The notes under the pieces: model-generated
The model's input: the letters and a program-made list of their open reading frames with translations, nothing else
The model's database searches: none
Told to the model about the DNA's origin: nothing
Part shown: positions 1 through 11,200 of the stretch, in pieces
Position numbering within the stretch: position 1 is the stretch's first letter
Layout of the letters: the number at the start of each line of letters is the position of its first letter
Program-made: the position numbers and the translations under genes
From: an uncultured bacterium
GTDB lineage: Bacteria > Zixibacteria > MSB-5A5 > JAABVY01 > JAHJOQ01
Assembly: GCA_965369655.1 (NCBI GenBank)
Contig: CBDUQR010000007.1
Span: 17,031-81,030 of the forward strand
Reading direction: 5' to 3'
Length of the DNA stretch: 64,000 nt

Positions 1-92
1 GAGTCGGCTGGGGAACCTTTAGAGACATTGTAGCCATCACCGCGACAGTAGTGTCGACGGTGGTTCTCGTCGATCAGATCGGAAGACGTTAG
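1..92 (+). CDS. 3' end of a polysaccharide export (Wza/SLBB-like) protein, partial
   Basis: Frame 3 reads VGWGTFRDIVAITATVVSTVVLVDQIGRR* (amphipathic/hydrophobic tail typical of SLBB export proteins), directly upstream of a Wzz-like gene. Confidence 0.55.
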   Translation, partial: VGWGTFRDIVAITATVVSTVVLVDQIGRR

Positions 93-104
93 CGGACAGA
101 ATCA

Positions 105-1652
105 ATGAAGAATCATTCACTCGAAAAGCAGATAAACCTGAGAGATGTCTGGCAGATAGCGTACAAACGCAGATGGCTGCTGATACTGCCTTTCGTTCTT
201 GCGGTTGCTGCGGCTTACGGCGGCTGTTTCCTGCTCACTGAGAAATACCAGTCGCGGGTACAGATCCTCGTGAAAGAGGGCGAGGTGCTCGGACCTGAAT
301 TCAGGGGAATCGCGAGCGCGACCGGCATGGATGCGGTCAGAACAGAGAGGGATTTGAGGCTCTGGCAGCAGTCAGTGAAAAGTGAAATACTGTCTCCCGC
401 GACATTGCTCAAGGTGATCAACCAGATGGGGCTGGCTGATGATCCGGAAGTCCGCGCCGAAATCAGGGAGCTTGCCGCGAAGTATCCCCAATACAGCGAA
501 AGAGACCTGATCAACATTCAACTCATCCGAAAGCTGCAGGACGATTACATAAAGATCGGCTTTCAGGGTCAGAATGTAGTTGCGATATTGTGCGATTCCG
601 AGAAGCCGCTCGAAGCGAGGGCGATGGCCGAGATACTGGCCGATATTTTCCGCGAGGAACAGATCAGGGCCGATTTGCTCAGTATCAGGGCGGTGCAGGA
701 GTTCTCTACGGAACAGCTTACCATTTACAAGAAGGAATGGGAGGACGCCGAAGCCGAGTTGGCTGATTTCAAGAAGAGCTACACGAGGGTGAATGTCGGC
801 CAGAAGGTAAGCGAAGAGATTCTCGATGGCATGACATCGGAGATCGATCAGACCAAACTGTATATGGAGGACTTCGCAGACCAGCGCAATTTCGTGGCCG
901 CCACTCTTGTAGACGCAGGGATTGATACGTCTATACTTGTGCTTTCCGAAGAGTTGGTCGGGTATACATCAACCCTCAGCGGGATCACAATGCAGAAAGC
1001 ATCGCTGATGGAGAGATACCCGAGGACTGATCCGAAGGTTCTCGAGATGATCGGCAGGTTCAATCGAAGCATCGATTCTCTACCGAGCTACTGTCTGCGC
1101 ACGGCATCTAATTTGTATCCGAATCCCGATCCGGCGCTGCTCGAACAGACTGCGGAGTACCTTGCGCTCAGCGTAAAGATCGACCTGGCCGTGCAGGGGC
1201 AGGTGATCCTTGCGAAGGCTCTGGAGAAACTGAAAAACAGGTTAACGAAGTGGCCGGACTATGAGATCGAGTTGGGGAGGATGGAACAGAAGGCCACGAC
1301 TAAAAAAGACATTTATCTCAAGTTCAATACCCAGCTCCTTGGATCGCGGATTAACGAGGACGCTTTCCGCAAGGAGGCAGAAAATCGTTACAGAATTATA
1401 GAACCGGCTACTTTGCCCTTGGCTCCAATTTATCCCGATCGTTTCAAAATAGTCGTACTCGGCTGCGCCCTTGGGCTGATACTCGGGGTTGGAGCCGTAC
1501 TACTCGCAGAAGTCCTGGACAACAGTCTGCGAGACATCTCCGAGACAGAGTCATATCTGGGACTCAAAGTGCTTGGAACCATCCCGAGGATAGCCGCTAA
1601 GCGGAAGTCTTCGCGAGCGCCGAATCCTGAGCCGATGGAGATTGCAAAATGA
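105..1652 (+). CDS. Polysaccharide chain-length determinant (Wzz/GumC family)
   Basis: N-terminal INLRDVWQ..KRRWLLILP plus TM helix, long coiled-coil, C-terminal RIIEPA..P..PIYP plus TM and ETESYLGLKVLGTIP. Confidence 0.9.
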   Translation: MKNHSLEKQINLRDVWQIAYKRRWLLILPFVLAVAAAYGGCFLLTEKYQSRVQILVKEGEVLGPEFRGIASATGMDAVRTERDLRLWQQSVKSEILSPATLLKVINQMGLADDPEVRAEIRELAAKYPQYSERDLINIQLIRKLQDDYIKIGFQGQNVVAILCDSEKPLEARAMAEILADIFREEQIRADLLSIRAVQEFSTEQLTIYKKEWEDAEAELADFKKSYTRVNVGQKVSEEILDGMTSEIDQTKLYMEDFADQRNFVAATLVDAGIDTSILVLSEELVGYTSTLSGITMQKASLMERYPRTDPKVLEMIGRFNRSIDSLPSYCLRTASNLYPNPDPALLEQTAEYLALSVKIDLAVQGQVILAKALEKLKNRLTKWPDYEIELGRMEQKATTKKDIYLKFNTQLLGSRINEDAFRKEAENRYRIIEPATLPLAPIYPDRFKIVVLGCALGLILGVGAVLLAEVLDNSLRDISETESYLGLKVLGTIPRIAAKRKSSRAPNPEPMEIAK

Positions 1653-2773
1653 GGGATCAAACCTACCGGCTGAACAGCCGACTGGCGACTCCTGAAAGGG
1701 AATACCTGATACAGACAATCAATGACACTAATCGAGGCAGAGTGCTCTCATCGGTATTCTCTGAGGGTGAACTGATCGACACGCAGGAAGACCCACTGAA
1801 CGGGATCACTCGGTCGGAGGACGTCCTTCAACGTGTGAAAGAAGCGCATGAGGACAAGAAACGGGAACTCGAGTTCCTGATCGAGTCGTACAAAGCCGCC
1901 ATCTGCGGTGAGTCGGTGGATCAGATGGTCAACCTGGGGCAGGCTCTTATTTACAAGAACCTGCTTATCGAAGCGAGGAACCTGTTTGCCCGATCCACAG
2001 AACTCGATCCCGATCATCACCAGGCCTGGACACAGCTTGGCGCGACTCATTTCGCCATGTCCAACTGGCAGGATTCGTGTTCGGCGTTTGGCAGGGCAGT
2101 GGAACTGAAACCGGGATTCGCCGATTATCGCAACAATCTCGGCGAAGCGTATATTGCTATCGATTCGTGCAAACGCGCTGTGATCGAGTTCGAGGAAGCT
2201 GTCAGGATCAACGTCTATTACGGCGAAGCGTATCTGAATCTCGCGCTTGTCTACATCCTGAATGCTATCCGCAGGGAAGATTTCACGATGTTTTCTAAGC
2301 AGACGGAGATGACGGAGGAAATGCTCAGGAAAGCCGAGGTGATTATGCCTGAAGCGGTCGGGCAGGATTTCCTCGAGGGGCGCAAGTACCTTGAAAAAGG
2401 TGACCTCGAAAAGGCGTTCCAGAGATTCCTGGCGGTCCGTGAGCGGAACAAAGTCGCCAAACGTCAGAAACTGGCAAACTCATATCTGAAATTCATGCTC
2501 GGCTCGGGCAGCGTCAATGAGAGACTCCTGACAAGGCGGATCAAGAATCTCAAGGAGGCGATGATCACGAATCCTCACTACGCAGATATGCATCATGACC
2601 TCGCCGCCGCATACACGCTTCTCGGCAGCTTCATTCACAAGAAGGCGGTCGAGGAATACCGCAAAGCGCTTGCGATCAACCCGGAGTTCAAGCGGGCCAG
2701 GAGGAATCTGAAACTCGCGGAGAACGAGATAAAAGGATTCGATGTCCTCATGAAGGCGATACTGAGGAAATAG
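1649..2773 (+). CDS. Tetratricopeptide repeat protein in EPS locus
   Basis: Multiple TPR motifs (FADYRNNLGEAY, YGEAYLNLALVY, YADMHHDLAAAY, ALAINPEF); ATGA overlap with upstream gene. Confidence 0.85.
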   Translation: MRDQTYRLNSRLATPEREYLIQTINDTNRGRVLSSVFSEGELIDTQEDPLNGITRSEDVLQRVKEAHEDKKRELEFLIESYKAAICGESVDQMVNLGQALIYKNLLIEARNLFARSTELDPDHHQAWTQLGATHFAMSNWQDSCSAFGRAVELKPGFADYRNNLGEAYIAIDSCKRAVIEFEEAVRINVYYGEAYLNLALVYILNAIRREDFTMFSKQTEMTEEMLRKAEVIMPEAVGQDFLEGRKYLEKGDLEKAFQRFLAVRERNKVAKRQKLANSYLKFMLGSGSVNERLLTRRIKNLKEAMITNPHYADMHHDLAAAYTLLGSFIHKKAVEEYRKALAINPEFKRARRNLKLAENEIKGFDVLMKAILRK

Positions 2774-2774
2774 A

Positions 2775-3476
2775 ATGGGGAAATTGACGGCATTGGTTAT
2801 AGATTATTACGATGGCGAGTCCGCGGCAGGTACTGAGTTTCGCAGACTTCTGAACAACCTGCTCAATAATTCCGAGGCGTCGGAGACGGGAAGAGCTATT
2901 CTTGTGACCTCTTCGACTACGGGGGAGGGCAAGAGCACTATAGCGTCCAATCTCGTGATTACCGCTGCGATCTACAAACAGAAGCGAACCCTGCTCATCG
3001 ATGCAGACCTCCGCAGGCCGTCGATATATAAACAGTTCGGACTGAATCGCAATGGCGGTCTCACCGATGTGGTTGAGGGTAGAGCGAAGCTGGAGGATTG
3101 CATCAGGCTTACTTCGATACCAAATCTCTCTGTGCTGACTTCAGGCGCTCCGAGTTCCGATCCGACGCGCCTGTTCCATTCCGACGGCATTCATAGAGTG
3201 ATTGAAGCCGCCAGGTTTTATTTCGATCTGATCATAATCGACTGCGCGCCTGTGATACCGGTATCAGATTCTCTCCTGCTCGGGCGGGATACCGACGGGA
3301 CCCTGATGGTGATTAAGGCGGGAGAGACGCCACGGGAAGTCTGCAAGAGAGCCTGCGATCTTGTCGTAGAGGCAGGCGCAACTCTTCTCGGCGTGGCATT
3401 GAACGATATGAAGGAAGCCCTGCCGTACTATTACAACTACCGCTACTACGGCTACCAGTACCTTCCAAAGAAATAG
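2775..3476 (+). CDS. BY-kinase, CpsD/CapB family tyrosine-protein kinase
   Basis: Walker A GEGKST, A' LLIDADLRRP, B IIIDCAP; C-terminal Tyr cluster YYYNYRYYGYQY. Confidence 0.92.
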   Translation: MGKLTALVIDYYDGESAAGTEFRRLLNNLLNNSEASETGRAILVTSSTTGEGKSTIASNLVITAAIYKQKRTLLIDADLRRPSIYKQFGLNRNGGLTDVVEGRAKLEDCIRLTSIPNLSVLTSGAPSSDPTRLFHSDGIHRVIEAARFYFDLIIIDCAPVIPVSDSLLLGRDTDGTLMVIKAGETPREVCKRACDLVVEAGATLLGVALNDMKEALPYYYNYRYYGYQYLPKK

Positions 3477-3478
3477 AG

Positions 3479-4333
3479 ATGCTGAATGTCCTGACAGTCG
3501 ATGTCGAAGACTGGTTTCATGTCCAGGCTTTTGCAGAGTTGTATCCTGTAGAGACCTGGGATTCGCAGCGCATGCGCATACTGGGAAACGTCATCAAGAC
3601 GCTCGAAATACTTGACGAGTTCGGAGTGAAAGCGACTTTTTTCGTCCTCGGCTGGGTTGCCCGGAAGCTTCCGGAAATCGTCACACTGATTGCCGACCGC
3701 GGTCACGAGATTGCGTCACACAGTCAGCATCACAGGCTGGTATATGATATGTCGCCGGAAGTATTCAGAGACGATCTCAGGCAATCGATCCTGCACATCG
3801 AGCAAGCCGCGGATGTCACGGTAAAAGGGTATCGTGCGCCGAGCTTCTCGATTCGCCCTGCCGACGAGTGGGTGTGGGACATTCTCACCGAATGCGGGAT
3901 TGAATACGATTCGTCCGTGTTTCCGGTCAGGCACGGCACCTATGGCAATCCATCGGCTCCGCGTTTTGCCCATGATGTAATATTGAATGACGGCAGGTCG
4001 CTGCTCGAAATCCCTCCGGCGACGGTCAGACTTATGGGCGCGAATATTCCGGCGGCTGGCGGCGGTTATCTCAGGATGTTTCCTTACTGGTTTATCCGCA
4101 GATGCATCAGGCGGATCAACAAGGAAGGGCATCCCGCGGTGATGTACTTCCATCCGTGGGAACTGGATCACAATCAGGAGCGAGTGCGCGCGTCGATGAA
4201 GAGCCGCTTCAGACATTATACGAATCTGAGAACGTTTGAGCATAAACTTCGGAAACTCCTGGGTGAGTTCGAGTTTACGACTGTAAGCGAGGTATTCATG
4301 AAGCGGAATAGTAACGTCGTCTCGGATGCATGA
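3479..4333 (+). CDS. Polysaccharide deacetylase (XrtA/PEP-CTERM-locus type, DUF3473 C-terminus)
   Basis: TVDVEDWFH, ATFFVLGW, GHEIASH, GYRAPSFS, GGGYLR, YFHPWELD motifs. Confidence 0.9.
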   Translation: MLNVLTVDVEDWFHVQAFAELYPVETWDSQRMRILGNVIKTLEILDEFGVKATFFVLGWVARKLPEIVTLIADRGHEIASHSQHHRLVYDMSPEVFRDDLRQSILHIEQAADVTVKGYRAPSFSIRPADEWVWDILTECGIEYDSSVFPVRHGTYGNPSAPRFAHDVILNDGRSLLEIPPATVRLMGANIPAAGGGYLRMFPYWFIRRCIRRINKEGHPAVMYFHPWELDHNQERVRASMKSRFRHYTNLRTFEHKLRKLLGEFEFTTVSEVFMKRNSNVVSDA

Positions 4334-4380
4334 CCGGCGATGCCGACTGCCGCTAAACTGAGCGATATGAAGGAATCAGT

Positions 4381-5469
4381 ATGAGTGATAAGAAATCTGT
4401 CGTAGCAGTACTGAAGACGTCTCCACAGACGGCTGTCGATGATTATGTGAAACTGGCGGAGATGGCCGGACTTGGAAACGCTCTGGATTCCAGCGCGACC
4501 ACAATCCTGAAGGACAATATATCGTGGCATCTTCCGTTTCCGGGCGCGAATACGGTTCCGTGGCAACTCGAAGGAGCTATCAGGGCGCTGAAATCGCAGG
4601 TCTCAGACGACCTGGTGGCGGTGCATAACGATACCGTTGTCACCAACCCGTACGTCGGCGGGAAACTGCTGAAGCTCGGAAAGGTTTACGAGAAGTACGG
4701 TATCCCGGAAAGATACAACAACGATCCGAAAGACCTCAAGTGGGTGAGATACAAACCGAAAGCCGAGATGCTGGTCCTGGACAAGATATTTCCTGAAGGC
4801 ATACGTATTCCTGAGTTTTTCCTCGGCAAGAATATCGTCCACCTTCCGACCGTCAAAACGCATATCTACACCACGACAACCGGCTCTATGAAAAATGCTT
4901 TCGGCGGCTTGTTGAATACGAAGCGCCATTATACTCACTCGGTCATCCATGAGACTCTGGTCGATCTGCTGAATATCCAGAAAGAGATTCATCCCGGTAT
5001 CTTTGCCTTCATGGATGGCACGACCTGCGGCTCGGGGCCGGGACCGCGCACCATGACGCCTCACGTCAAGAACTACATCCTCGCATCCTCCGACCAGGTC
5101 GCGATCGATGCTGTCGCCGCAAAGATGATGGGGTTCGATCCGATGAGCCTGCAGTACATCAGCCTTGCGCATGAGCATGGACTTGGCTGCGGCAGAGTAG
5201 AGGATATCGAGATTGCCGGGGAGGACGTCTCCGGTGTGAACTTCAGGTTTGAAGTGGGCGACAATACTGCGTCACGTGTAGGCGACATGTTCTGGTTCTC
5301 GCCGCTGAGAGTCTTCCAGAGACTCCTGTTCCACACTCCGATAGTTTACATTTTCGTATTTGCCTCGGCTATATACCACGACCGAATCTGGTACCCATCG
5401 AAAGGCCGAAAAATCTTCAACGACTGGCTCGAAAACACCGAGTGGGGAGAGCTGTTCAAGACATATTAA
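4381..5469 (+). CDS. DUF362 domain-containing protein
   Basis: ILKDNISWH..FPG, LPTVKTH..T.TTGSMKNAFGG, LASSDQVAIDAVAAKMMGFDP. Confidence 0.85.
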   Translation: MSDKKSVVAVLKTSPQTAVDDYVKLAEMAGLGNALDSSATTILKDNISWHLPFPGANTVPWQLEGAIRALKSQVSDDLVAVHNDTVVTNPYVGGKLLKLGKVYEKYGIPERYNNDPKDLKWVRYKPKAEMLVLDKIFPEGIRIPEFFLGKNIVHLPTVKTHIYTTTTGSMKNAFGGLLNTKRHYTHSVIHETLVDLLNIQKEIHPGIFAFMDGTTCGSGPGPRTMTPHVKNYILASSDQVAIDAVAAKMMGFDPMSLQYISLAHEHGLGCGRVEDIEIAGEDVSGVNFRFEVGDNTASRVGDMFWFSPLRVFQRLLFHTPIVYIFVFASAIYHDRIWYPSKGRKIFNDWLENTEWGELFKTY

Positions 5470-5650
5470 GTACACTCAGCGCGATATGTGAGCCTTAATG
5501 TGACTGTTTTAGCCTGTATCGTAATGCCTTGCAGTATATGCTGTTATGGTGCGGCATATACTCGGCAACGTGTCACCTTTGTCTTATTAATGAAATAATC
5601 GATCTCGAAATTCCTTTCCATATGCCAGTATTTGTGTATATTGCACAATC

Positions 5651-6262
5651 ATGAAAACCATTGCCACGCTTCTTATCATGGTTGTCCTTTTCGGGTCAGC
5701 CGGTGCCGAGGAATTCATTCTCAGGCCGACTGCCGAATGCTGTAGCGGAGACACTATCTTCCAGCCGGGCAGTTGGATGGTTCTTCTCAACGAGCAAGGC
5801 GCTGCTGGAAGGGTAAACCTGACTGAGCCGGGACCATTTGCTCTGAATGGAATAGAGAAAGGCAAATACGATCTGGTCGGCGGCGTCGAGGGGTACTATC
5901 CGATGAAGTTTCTTGATATGGAAATCGGTTCGGACGGCAATTTCGATTATGAACTTGTCAGCGATCTGTTGCCGTTATCTTCCTCAATCCTCGAAGGACA
6001 CTTGATCGTCAGATTCAGAAAGTCGATTCAGAACGAGGATATCAGGAAGACGCTAAATGAAATCGGGGTCGGGGTCCTGCACAGTGATCGTCGGAAGGGC
6101 GATTCGGACAAACCTAAGCATAAGATCGACTGGTTCTTCAGCTATGCTCAGGTGCATGTCACATACGACCGATCCGACAACATCCGTGATTTGATTGAGC
6201 GGATTCTCCTCGATCCGGGCGTTATCGAATGTAAGCCGATCGGTTTTGCTTTGAGGAAGTAA
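5651..6262 (+). CDS. Secreted hypothetical protein (beta-sandwich plus subtilase pro-domain-like C-terminus)
   Basis: Signal peptide MKTIATLLIMVVLFGSAGA; GPFALNGIEKGKYDL resembles carboxypeptidase-regulatory-like domains; GHLIVRFRKS...V..C.PI resembles S8 pro-domains. Confidence 0.55.
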   Translation: MKTIATLLIMVVLFGSAGAEEFILRPTAECCSGDTIFQPGSWMVLLNEQGAAGRVNLTEPGPFALNGIEKGKYDLVGGVEGYYPMKFLDMEIGSDGNFDYELVSDLLPLSSSILEGHLIVRFRKSIQNEDIRKTLNEIGVGVLHSDRRKGDSDKPKHKIDWFFSYAQVHVTYDRSDNIRDLIERILLDPGVIECKPIGFALRK

Positions 6263-6312
6263 GGAAGCGTTCGGGGCACGCGTCGAAGAATCCTGGAATA
6301 CATATTTTACTT

Positions 6313-7866
6313 ATGCGAATCTTTACCGATTGCATCTGTTTCACTCTCTGTATTACGTGCCTTCTTGTTACTACAGCTTTTATCTCGCCACTTCGAGCCG
6401 TTGAAAAACCGATCGGGGTTACAATCAGGCCTGTGTCGACGTACAGGGCCGACCTGTTCTGGTTCTACCCGGGCTGCAATGATTCGACGATGTTTTATGA
6501 TGATGGCAGTTCGGAAGATCCGATGGCAGTTATAGATGATGATCGGGACAACAGGATAGCTGTCAGGTTTGACTTCTCAAGCGATCCTGCTCTGATCGTC
6601 GGTGGATGGCTCTATGTGCTCGAGTACGATCCAGAACCGGACCTTCCCGGAGATCCGACCTCACCTGTTGAGGTCTCATTGCTCGCGGACATCGACAGCT
6701 TGCCGGGCGCCGAGCTGGCAGGACCGGACACAGTCAATGCATCGGGCGCGTTCCACGAAGGTGGCGAGTGGGTACATACCGACCTGTCTCATCTTTGCGA
6801 AGGGGATAACCCGATCTGGCTTCAGGTTCGATGGCCGTCGACGAATCCGTTTGTACCCAAACTTGGCGGGGACGCAGGCAGTCCCGACTACATGTCCTTT
6901 GTAGGATATTCGAGCGACGGTTCCGATGTCTGGTTAGTCATACCCGACTACGACGTTATGCTCAGACTCGAATTACTGATGAATACCAAAGATGTCCCGA
7001 TGGCGCCGGAGTCCGCTGTTGTCGACAGCTTCCGCGTATATTCCCGCGACCGTCTCTCGCCGTATCCTGCGGACGATTGGTATGATACATCGACATCAGG
7101 ACATATTCTGCATCAGCGAGTAAAGACAGAGAGAATCGACAACTACTACTGTGTCACTGCATGGCTGGATGGAGTCGAGAGTGATTGCAGTGAACCCGTA
7201 CATATAACAGGTGCGAGCGGCCCCTCGGCCCATGTGAGTGTCAAACCGCGAAACGCTGAGATCGCAATTCGACCAGACGCAGATACTGTAATCTACATTG
7301 AATTGAAGAATATGGATGAGACAGCGCTTAACTACGAGTTCGGATTGACGGGACCGGGAAACGGCATTCCTATTACTCTGATCAATCGTTCAGGTTCACT
7401 CGATCCACTCGAAACTGATTCTGTGGGACTTGCGATGTACTCATCGCAGCTCCCGGTTGGTCAGTACTGGGAGTCTGGATCGATAGACTTTTGGGATGGA
7501 TCTGAAATCTATCTCCCGGTCGATGTATCGATTCATCTTGTCATCGATGAGAACACTCCGGCAGATGAAATCGAGGAGTTGCGTCCGGAGCGATTCACAA
7601 TGCACCAGAATTTCCCGAATCCATTCAATTCTGAAACTACGATCATCATAGAAGGCGTGACGTCTCTGAAGACCCCGCAACTTGACATTTTCGACCTGCT
7701 GGGCCGTAAGATCAATGAAATATCCCACTTAAACTCCACCCAAAGCACACTTATATTTCAATGGGACGGGCGTGACCGTTCGGGAGAGCCTTGCCCATCC
7801 GGACTGTATTTCTACCGCGTTTCGGAATGCAACGATCAGATGAGGAAAATGCTGCTCCTCAAATAG
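6313..7866 (+). CDS. Secreted protein with T9SS type-A/FlgD-like C-terminal sorting domain
   Basis: Signal peptide; C-terminus RFTMHQNFPNPFNSET...IFDLLGRKI...WDGRD.SG..PSGLYFYR...RKMLLLK. Confidence 0.85.
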   Translation: MRIFTDCICFTLCITCLLVTTAFISPLRAVEKPIGVTIRPVSTYRADLFWFYPGCNDSTMFYDDGSSEDPMAVIDDDRDNRIAVRFDFSSDPALIVGGWLYVLEYDPEPDLPGDPTSPVEVSLLADIDSLPGAELAGPDTVNASGAFHEGGEWVHTDLSHLCEGDNPIWLQVRWPSTNPFVPKLGGDAGSPDYMSFVGYSSDGSDVWLVIPDYDVMLRLELLMNTKDVPMAPESAVVDSFRVYSRDRLSPYPADDWYDTSTSGHILHQRVKTERIDNYYCVTAWLDGVESDCSEPVHITGASGPSAHVSVKPRNAEIAIRPDADTVIYIELKNMDETALNYEFGLTGPGNGIPITLINRSGSLDPLETDSVGLAMYSSQLPVGQYWESGSIDFWDGSEIYLPVDVSIHLVIDENTPADEIEELRPERFTMHQNFPNPFNSETTIIIEGVTSLKTPQLDIFDLLGRKINEISHLNSTQSTLIFQWDGRDRSGEPCPSGLYFYRVSECNDQMRKMLLLK

Positions 7867-8296
7867 AGACTCCACGCCTCAAGCTGCTATTTAACGACCT
7901 GACAAATCCCGTTTCTACATAGGGGGTTACAAAAAAGTCACTTGACAAACAGATGTGGATCGACTTTATTATAGTGACTTCACCGCATTTATTGCCGGTA
8001 AGTGACAAACGTATTGACATATGGTAAACGAACGTGGTCTAAGGCATCTTAGATATTGGCCGATCTCACCCTTATGAGGATTCGGATGAGTGATAGATTC
8101 AATTTGGATCAAACAGCATGTGCCTGTGTCGTTTATGCTTCACTTTCTGACAAGGAATATGGATAGATTGATAGAAGTTAATCCTTCATTCACCGAAGAG
8201 AGGAGGCTCTCGATGAGATTGGTTGGCAATCACGTGGGGGGGTGAGTGTCGTGTTGAACAGGTTTTCGCAAATCGTATGTGTTGGGAGGAAAAATC

Positions 8297-11200
8297 ATGA
8301 AGAAAATGTTTTTTATCGTTCTGCTGCTGATTGTAGGCGCCCTTGTGGTGTTGGCGACAGCAGCTGGAGTTGACAAACAAGTCGCAACATCGGTTACGGA
8401 AGGGTCATCAGCCCAGCCGATGGATTCCCGTGCGGCATGCACGATGAATCATACAAGCCTCACGATTGCAGGATACTTTGGCAGTTTTACTCCGGGTGAG
8501 CTGAACATCAGCTATTTCAACCCTGCGGATTTCTGTGCTGCTCCGATCTACCCATTTGAGATTACAGATTTTTCGTTTACGCTTTATGATCCGGGTGGAT
8601 TCGTCTGGCCAGCATCGCTGGATGTTGTCGTTTTTGACGCACCTGATTCCTGCGCAGGGCCCGGAACCGAACTGTGTCGGATCATCGGTGTGATGGCTGA
8701 TGAGATGACTTTCAAGTTCCCGAATGTTGGTACTGTCACATTTCCGACGCCATGTTGTGTGAATGGCCCGTTCTACATCGGGATTGAATACACTGGCGGC
8801 GCTGAAGGATCGATCCCATCGATCTGCTATGATGATACGTCACCGCCGGACACTTGTATCAACTGGTTTTTCCGTCCCGATGGTGTGTGGTACGAATGGT
8901 ACGATATCTGGACTCCTCCTACTCCCGGATATCCGATGTTCTGGGTTGACGGAGAGACGGAGTCTGCCAATTGCGTTCAGGAGTGCGGTTGGAATCCGGG
9001 CGATCCGTACAAAATGCATTTCCCGCAGTTGCCTGATGAAGCAGGCTGGGATGTTAATGCAACTCAGCCACTGGTTCTTGCTGATGACTGGATGTGTTCC
9101 GAGACAGGATGGGTTAAAGATCTCCATTTCTGGGGTTCGTGGAAAAACGGAATAGAAGGTCAGATTCTTACCTTCGTGCTGAGTATCCACTCAGATATTC
9201 CCGCTGACCCACCTCAGGTTCCATATAGCAGGCCTGGCGAGACGCTCTGGGAATTATATGTGGAAGATTTCGACTTCGTTCCGATCGACCCGCCTTCAAT
9301 GGAAGGATGGTATGATCCGTCGACAGGCGAGGTCATTCCGAACGATCACCAGGCGTATTTCCAGTACAACATCTGTCTTGATGAGGCAGACTGGTTCATG
9401 CAGGAACAGGGGACCATCTACTGGGTGAACATCTCGGCGATAGTCGCCGATCCGACAAGCACCCAGTGGGGTTGGAAATCTACTCTGGATCACTGGAACG
9501 ACGACGCTGTATGGGCATACTGGGGTGAGCTCAACTGGATTGACCTCTGGGAACCCTACGTGTCCAATCCGATCACCAACGATTTCTTCGTCGCGATTGA
9601 CCCGACTGGCACGTTCGTAGGTGGCGGCGGCGGCGGCGCCTATGGTGCCGGATGGTACTTCTATGAGATGGAAGAATGGTGGAACATCTGGTTCTACGAT
9701 CATCCATTGGATCCGGAGCGATACAAAGTAGGAACTATCGAATTTGACATACACAAGATGGATCCTGGTTTGCCGGGTTACTTCGAAATCGCTGTAAACT
9801 GGTCAACTGATCTATGGGACCCTGGCGACAGCATACCACCATTACCGCCAGTCGACGAGCTACTCTACATTGGGCGTCAGACCCTGTTCGCGAGTGAAAT
9901 GTACGAAGGTCACTATGTCTTTGACTATGTGATCCCGGATTACAACCCAGAGTGGGTATCTGTCGATGTCAGGGGATATAACTTCGACATCCCGTTTGGC
10001 ATTATAACGCACGAATGTGTCGGTCAACAGTCGCTTGATCTGTCGTTCGTGATAACTGGCGGACCTGAAGTCGAGGTGGAAGCCTGCTGCTTCCCGGATG
10101 GTTCCTGTCAGAATCTCACCACGACAGATTGCCAGAATCAGGGCGGATCGCCAATGGGACCGGGCACGCAGTGCAGCCCAACTGAAGCCTGCTGTCTGCC
10201 TGATAACAGTTGTATCGATGCCGACCCACTATGCTGCGCTCTGCTCGGTGGTACGCCGCAGGGTCCGGGCACGGCTTGCGTCGGCGCTCTCGAAGCCTGC
10301 TGTCTACCTGATGGTAGCTGCACAAATGCCGATCCGATCTGTTGCATCAACGAACTCGGTGGTGTACCTCAGGGACAGGGCACTGCATGCTCGACTCCGC
10401 AACGTTGCTGCTTCCCGGATGGATCGTGTCAGAATGTCGATCCTTTCTGCTGTGATGATCTTGGTGGAACATCATATCCGGGTCTGTGCTCCGCACCGGA
10501 GGCCTGCTGTTTGCCTGATGGCACCTGTCAGGATCTCGATCCCTCCTGCTGTGCTGATCTCGGCGGCGAGCCATCACCGATAGGTGAGCCAGTCTGTCTT
10601 GGTGATATCAATGGCAATGGCGTTGACGACGCATGCGAGCTGCAGGGACTCAAGTGGTTCCAGCCACCGGATCTTGATCCTACTGGCATGGATGTAAACG
10701 CGACTATATCGTTAGTCGTCCTGGCCGACGATTACCTCTGCACGCAGACCGGACCGATCACCGAGATCCACATCTGGGGTTCATGGCTGAATGACATGTA
10801 TCCAATAGGTGATCCCGGAGCCGTGATCTTTACGCTGAGCATCCACAGCGACATTCCGCAGGGACCTGATGAATGGAGTATCCCGGGCGATATCCTCTGG
10901 ATGGGTCAGTTTGAACCCGGCCAGTTCGAGTTCATGTTGCATCAGGGTGGCCTGCTTGAAGGATGGTTCGATCCGATTCAGGAATTGTATCTGCCTGAAG
11001 GTGATACGGAGTGCTGGGAGTATATCTTCCATCTCGATGCTGAACCCTTCATTCAGCAGGGCACCGAGCAGGATCCTGTTATCTACTGGCTCGACGTCCA
11101 GGCACAACCGCTCGAAGAAGCTTACTTCGGGTGGAAAACATCACTGACTCACTGGAATGACGATGCAGTGTGGGCTGCTGGATTTGATCCGCCGATGGGT

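Noticed and set aside
5520..5577. Hairpin AGTATATGC..GCATATACT after the DUF362 gene as a possible riboswitch
   Set aside because: No aptamer consensus recognised; more simply a terminator or stabilising stem
10079..10636. Possible CRISPR array or DGR template/variable repeats
   Set aside because: Repeats are degenerate, in-frame coding units; no cas or reverse transcriptase gene in the window
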